DNA from: Dehalococcoidia bacterium
GTDB lineage: Bacteria > Chloroflexota > Dehalococcoidia > GIF9 > UBA5629
DNA: 64,000 nucleotides
Direction of reading: 5' to 3'
Assembly (NCBI GenBank): GCA_050011565.1
Contig: JBEKIW010000001.1
Location: forward strand, 64,207-128,206
The notes below the pieces were generated by a model. It saw nothing but the letters and a program-made list of their open reading frames with translations. It ran no database searches and was not told where the DNA came from. Below, in pieces: positions 60,438 to 64,000 of this stretch. Position numbers and translations under genes: made by a program. Positions within the stretch are counted from its first letter, which is position 1, and the number at the start of each line of letters is the position of its first letter.

Positions 60438-61205
60438 ATGGATTTTTCCCTGGATGAATTCTCTTTGAAAGGCAAAGTGGCGCTGGTAACCGGCGGCAGC
60501 CGGGGCATTGGGAAGGCTATTGTAATTGGACTGGCTAAGGCGGGTGCCGACGTGGCTTTAGCCAGTCGGAAATTGCCGGACCTCGAGGAAGTAGCCAAAG
60601 AGGTAAAAAGCACGGGTAGAAAGTCATTGGCTGTAGCGGCACATATAGGCAAGATTGAGGAAATAAACAATCTGGTCAATAAGGTCAAGGAAGAGTTTGG
60701 CAAAATCGATATACTGGTAAATAATGCAGCTACCAACCCGACCATGGACCAGGCTATTGATGTAGAGGAGCGTGCCTGGGACTCCATCATGAATCTAAAC
60801 ATGAAGGGGCTGTTCTTTTTGAGCCAGGCGGTGGCCAGAGTGATGAAGGAACAAGGTGGCGGCAAGATTATCAATGTTGCCTCTGTAGCCGGTATTAGCC
60901 CTGACTTACTGCCGATTTACTCCATAAGTAAAGCCGGCGTGATAATGGCCACAAAGGTCATGGCACAGCAATGGGCTCAGTACAATATAAGAGTGAACGC
61001 TATAGCACCGGGGCTGACCAGGACCCGCTTCAGCGAAGCGCTGTGGGGAAATCAGGATATTTTGCAAGGCGCCATGCTGGGAATTCCCCTGCGGCGCGTA
61101 GCTGAACCCGAGGAGATGGTTGGAGCTGTGATTTTCCTGGCTTCAGATGCTTCCAGCTATGTAACCGGTCAGGTTCTAGCCGTAGACGGCGGCGCAATGA
61201 TATAA
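60438..61205 (+). CDS. short-chain dehydrogenase/reductase (paralogue of 56256..57071)
   Basis: TGGSRGIG, NNAA, YSISK. Confidence 0.88.
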   Translation: MDFSLDEFSLKGKVALVTGGSRGIGKAIVIGLAKAGADVALASRKLPDLEEVAKEVKSTGRKSLAVAAHIGKIEEINNLVNKVKEEFGKIDILVNNAATNPTMDQAIDVEERAWDSIMNLNMKGLFFLSQAVARVMKEQGGGKIINVASVAGISPDLLPIYSISKAGVIMATKVMAQQWAQYNIRVNAIAPGLTRTRFSEALWGNQDILQGAMLGIPLRRVAEPEEMVGAVIFLASDASSYVTGQVLAVDGGAMI

Positions 61206-61210
61206 GGAGG

Positions 61211-61999
61211 ATGGTAATGAAATTCGAGACAATTCTTTATGAGAAAAAGGACAACGTTGCCTGGATAACTCTAAACCGGCCTGATAAGTATAATGCTCAG
61301 AACCAGATATTACGAAACGAGGTTGTGGCTGCATTGGAGGACGCTAAGGACGACGACGCGGTGCTGGTTATCGTTCTCACCGGAGCCGGCGATAAGGCCT
61401 TCAGCGCCGGTGCCGATATCAGCAATTTTCTTGACTGGACAACAATCAGCGTCATCACATCGAACAAGGGTGCCAAGCGGCCGTATAATTTCATAAGGGA
61501 AATTCCCAAGCCGGTCATAGCCATGGTTAACGGTATGGCTTTAGGCGGTGGCTGTGAACTGGCCATGTCATGTGACATGATTATAGCCTCGGACAATGCT
61601 CGATTCGGGCAGCCGGAGATAAGCGTCGGTGTCATACCCGGCGGCACCGGGACACAGATTTTGCCCAGGCTGGTAGGTGAAAAGAAGGCGCGGGAGATGA
61701 TTTTCACCGGCGACCCCATTTCCGCCGAAGAAGCTCTGCGCTTCGGGCTGGTGAATAAAGTTGTTCCCGCGGACAAGCTGAAAGAGACAGTTGAAGAGCT
61801 AATTAAGAAACTTAAAAGCAAGAGCCCGGCAATATTGAAATTCGCTAAACTGGCGGTCAATAAGTCTTTAGAGACGCCGCTTTCGGTCGGCATCGAGTGC
61901 GAAGCAGACCTGTTCGCCATGTGCTTTGGCACCCAGGACCAGAAAGAAGGCGCCAAGGCTTTCTTTGAGAAGCGGCCGGCCAAGTATACGGGGAAATAG
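61211..61999 (+). CDS. enoyl-CoA hydratase/isomerase (crotonase family)
   Basis: GAGDKAFSAGADI, MVNGMALGGGCELAM. Confidence 0.88.
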   Translation: MVMKFETILYEKKDNVAWITLNRPDKYNAQNQILRNEVVAALEDAKDDDAVLVIVLTGAGDKAFSAGADISNFLDWTTISVITSNKGAKRPYNFIREIPKPVIAMVNGMALGGGCELAMSCDMIIASDNARFGQPEISVGVIPGGTGTQILPRLVGEKKAREMIFTGDPISAEEALRFGLVNKVVPADKLKETVEELIKKLKSKSPAILKFAKLAVNKSLETPLSVGIECEADLFAMCFGTQDQKEGAKAFFEKRPAKYTGK

Positions 62000-62078
62000 G
62001 TTTAAGTAAGATTACAGCGATTTGACAAGATTACAGCGATAATGGCACGAATAAAATCTCCGTAATCTCAATATCAAA

Positions 62079-62504
62079 TTATTCGTCTCTTCTTAGTCTC
62101 TGTCTTTCTATCTTATACAGGGTGGCATCGCCGATGCCGAAGTGGTGGGCAATTTCGTGCTGAACCACCCTGCCGATTTCAGCTTCGATTTCTTTGTTGG
62201 AGCGGCACTGCAGCTCGATGGGCTTCTGAAATATGGTTATCTTGTCCGGCAGGACAAGGTTGTAGCCGCTGTCACGCTTTGTCTGAGGTACCCCTTCATA
62301 AAGGCCGAGCAATTGCGCCTTATTTCTGAGTTTTAGTTGACTGATTTGCTGCGGGCTGGGCCAGTCTTCAACCAGCACATCGACATTTTCCAGTTTGCTT
62401 TTGAACTCAGCCGGCAGTGTCTCGATGGCCCTGAAGACCAGTGTTTCAAATTCTTGCCTTTCCATATAGCCATTATACACCGCTGTAATCTCATAGCCTA
62501 ACAA
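62079..62504 (-). CDS. zincin-like metallopeptidase-domain protein (HExxH)
   Basis: VVQHEIAHHFG. Confidence 0.55.
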   Translation of the reverse strand: MLGYEITAVYNGYMERQEFETLVFRAIETLPAEFKSKLENVDVLVEDWPSPQQISQLKLRNKAQLLGLYEGVPQTKRDSGYNLVLPDKITIFQKPIELQCRSNKEIEAEIGRVVQHEIAHHFGIGDATLYKIERQRLRRDE

Positions 62505-62563
62505 TCAGCCGCTTGAGGGATAAGGTTGACTAGATAGTCTTTAGGGGATAAAATCAGCCTGTT

Positions 62564-64000
62564 ATGTCTGATGCTAAATACAATCCACATGAAATAGAAA
62601 AGAAATGGCAGGATAAATGGACGGCTGACCGACTATATGAGGTCAAGGATGACGATAGCCGCCCTAAGTTTTATGCCCTAACCATGTTCCCATATACCTC
62701 CGGCGACCTTCACATCGGACACTGGTATGCAATGGCGCCATCTGACGTCCAGGCTAGGTTCAAGCGGATGCAGGGATATAATGTGCTCCATCCTATGGGT
62801 TTCGATGCCTTCGGACTGCCGGCGGAAAACGCGGCTATTAAACACGGCATTCATCCCTATATCTGGACGATGGAAAATGTCGAAAACATGCGGCGCCAAC
62901 TCAGGAGCATCGGGGCCATCTATGACTGGAGCCGTGAGGTGGTTACCTGCCTTCCCGAATACTATAAGTGGACTGAGTGGTTTTTCCTCAAGCTATACGA
63001 AGCGGGCCTGGCTTACCGGGCTAAGGCGCCCGTAAACTGGTGTCCCACATGCCAGACAGTACTGGCGAATGAACAGGTCGTCGGCGAAGGCGTGTGCGAA
63101 CGCTGCGGCACTGCCGTTATCCGGAAGATGCTGGAGCAGTGGTTTTTCCGGATTACTAAGTATGCCGATGAGCTTCTGGATTTTAGCAAAATAGACTGGC
63201 CCGAGCGCATAGAGATAATGCAAAACAACTGGATCGGCAAAAGCACGGGCGCCGAGATTTCCTTTGGGCTGGAGCATAAAGGCGTCGATACCAAAGAGAT
63301 AAGAGTATTTACTACCCGTCCAGACACTATCTTTGGAGTTACCTTTTTTGTCCTGGCACCGGAGCATCCGCTGGTCCCGCTGCTGACTACACCGGAGCAT
63401 AAGGCTGAAGTGGAGGACTATATCCTTCAGACGCAGAGAAAAACCGAGATAGAAAGAACTGCCGCGGAAAGAGAAAAGGCCGGTGTCTTCCTGGGTAGCT
63501 ATGTCATTAACAAGCTGAACGGCCAGCCGGTGCCCATCTGGATTACCGATTACGTGCTGCTCAGCTACGGCACCGGTGCCGTCATGGGTGTGCCGGCACA
63601 CGACCAGCGCGACTTCAAGTTTGCCAAAAAATACGGGCTGCCTATCCGGGTGGTTATCGCCCCTCCGGGGTGGTCCGGTGAGGAATTGGAATGCGCTTAC
63701 ACAGAAACCGGGACCATGGCAAACTCCGGACAGTTTGACGGCCTGCCCAGCGCCCAAGGGTTCGAGGCTATCTGCGATTACATGGAGAAAAAGGGTTTGG
63801 GGAAGCGGACTGTCACCTACAGGCTTCGTGATTGGCTTATCTCCCGACAGCGCTACTGGGGAGCTCCGATTCCCATGATTTATTGCGATAAATGTGGCAT
63901 TGTCCCCGTGCCGGAGAAGGATTTACCCGTTTTGCTGCCGCCTGATGCCGAGTTCAAGCCCACGGGTGAGTCGCCGCTGAAATACTGCGAGTCTTTCGTT
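62564..64000 (+). CDS. leuS: leucine--tRNA ligase (N-terminal ~479 aa; continues beyond window)
   Basis: HIGH (GDLHIGH), zinc knuckle CPTC...CERCG, editing domain start. No stop in window, so absent from the track. Confidence 0.95.
   Translation, partial: MSDAKYNPHEIEKKWQDKWTADRLYEVKDDDSRPKFYALTMFPYTSGDLHIGHWYAMAPSDVQARFKRMQGYNVLHPMGFDAFGLPAENAAIKHGIHPYIWTMENVENMRRQLRSIGAIYDWSREVVTCLPEYYKWTEWFFLKLYEAGLAYRAKAPVNWCPTCQTVLANEQVVGEGVCERCGTAVIRKMLEQWFFRITKYADELLDFSKIDWPERIEIMQNNWIGKSTGAEISFGLEHKGVDTKEIRVFTTRPDTIFGVTFFVLAPEHPLVPLLTTPEHKAEVEDYILQTQRKTEIERTAAEREKAGVFLGSYVINKLNGQPVPIWITDYVLLSYGTGAVMGVPAHDQRDFKFAKKYGLPIRVVIAPPGWSGEELECAYTETGTMANSGQFDGLPSAQGFEAICDYMEKKGLGKRTVTYRLRDWLISRQRYWGAPIPMIYCDKCGIVPVPEKDLPVLLPPDAEFKPTGESPLKYCESFV

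Noticed and set aside
62505-62563. T-box/riboswitch leaders upstream of gltX and leuS, and 4.5S/tmRNA/RNase P-like conserved motifs anywhere in the window
   Set aside because: Leaders are too short (<60 nt) and no specifier/T-box or conserved ncRNA motifs were seen by eye. No CRISPR array is present.

Overview
This 64-kb window is mostly chromosomal housekeeping DNA at about 50-52% GC. The gene content is compatible with a Chloroflexota/Dehalococcoidia-like bacterium, but that is an inference and no search was run.

Gene order, left to right:
- On the minus strand: a partial polX, a small acidic ORF, an EVE/PUA-like nuclease carrying a PD-(D/E)xK motif, secA and prs.
- nth, then a two-component system (histidine kinase plus OmpR-type regulator) preceded by a CpxP/Spy-like LTXXQ repeat protein.
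- An ABC-2 exporter and glyA.
- A MarR-controlled efflux operon (marR, two HlyD-type adaptors, a DHA2 MFS pump) with a perfect palindromic operator.
- Two secreted/lipoprotein genes.
- CIRCE followed by hrcA-grpE-dnaK.
- DUF72, DksA-like, lspA and rluD.
- RDD, gltX, mutM, a TPR lipoprotein, polA, argF, der-plsY-gpsA, an unlinked dnaJ, and a NUDIX gene.
- A near-consensus sigma70 promoter driving a cbpA-like gene, hspR, a 94-aa Cys protein and clpC.
- A membrane cluster of VTT/DedA, a methyltransferase-like protein, an alpha/beta hydrolase-like protein, a second VTT/DedA and a TM2 repeat protein.
- tRNA-Ala(GGC), followed by about 6.8 kb of integrated DNA (detailed below).
- After the insert: an alcohol dehydrogenase, an AlkD-like gene, two SDR paralogues, a CoA transferase/hydrolase, a rubrerythrin with rubredoxin-like domains at both ends, uppS, a crotonase, a zincin-like gene and a partial leuS.

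The integrated DNA contains one intact tyrosine integrase, three decayed integrase 3' ends, and AT-rich cargo. A GC-rich mini-islet follows, made of a single P-loop/DUF697/zinc-ribbon gene. The insert is delimited by three direct copies of the tRNA 3' half, which indicates serial tandem integrations.

Three copies of a roughly 95-140 bp MITE-like palindromic repeat (GTCAYYCTGAGCGAAG...CTCAGAATGAC) lie in intergenic gaps. They create spurious N-terminal ORF extensions.

Manually counted coordinates may be off by 1-2 nt. CDS coordinates follow the ORF track unless a better start was argued.
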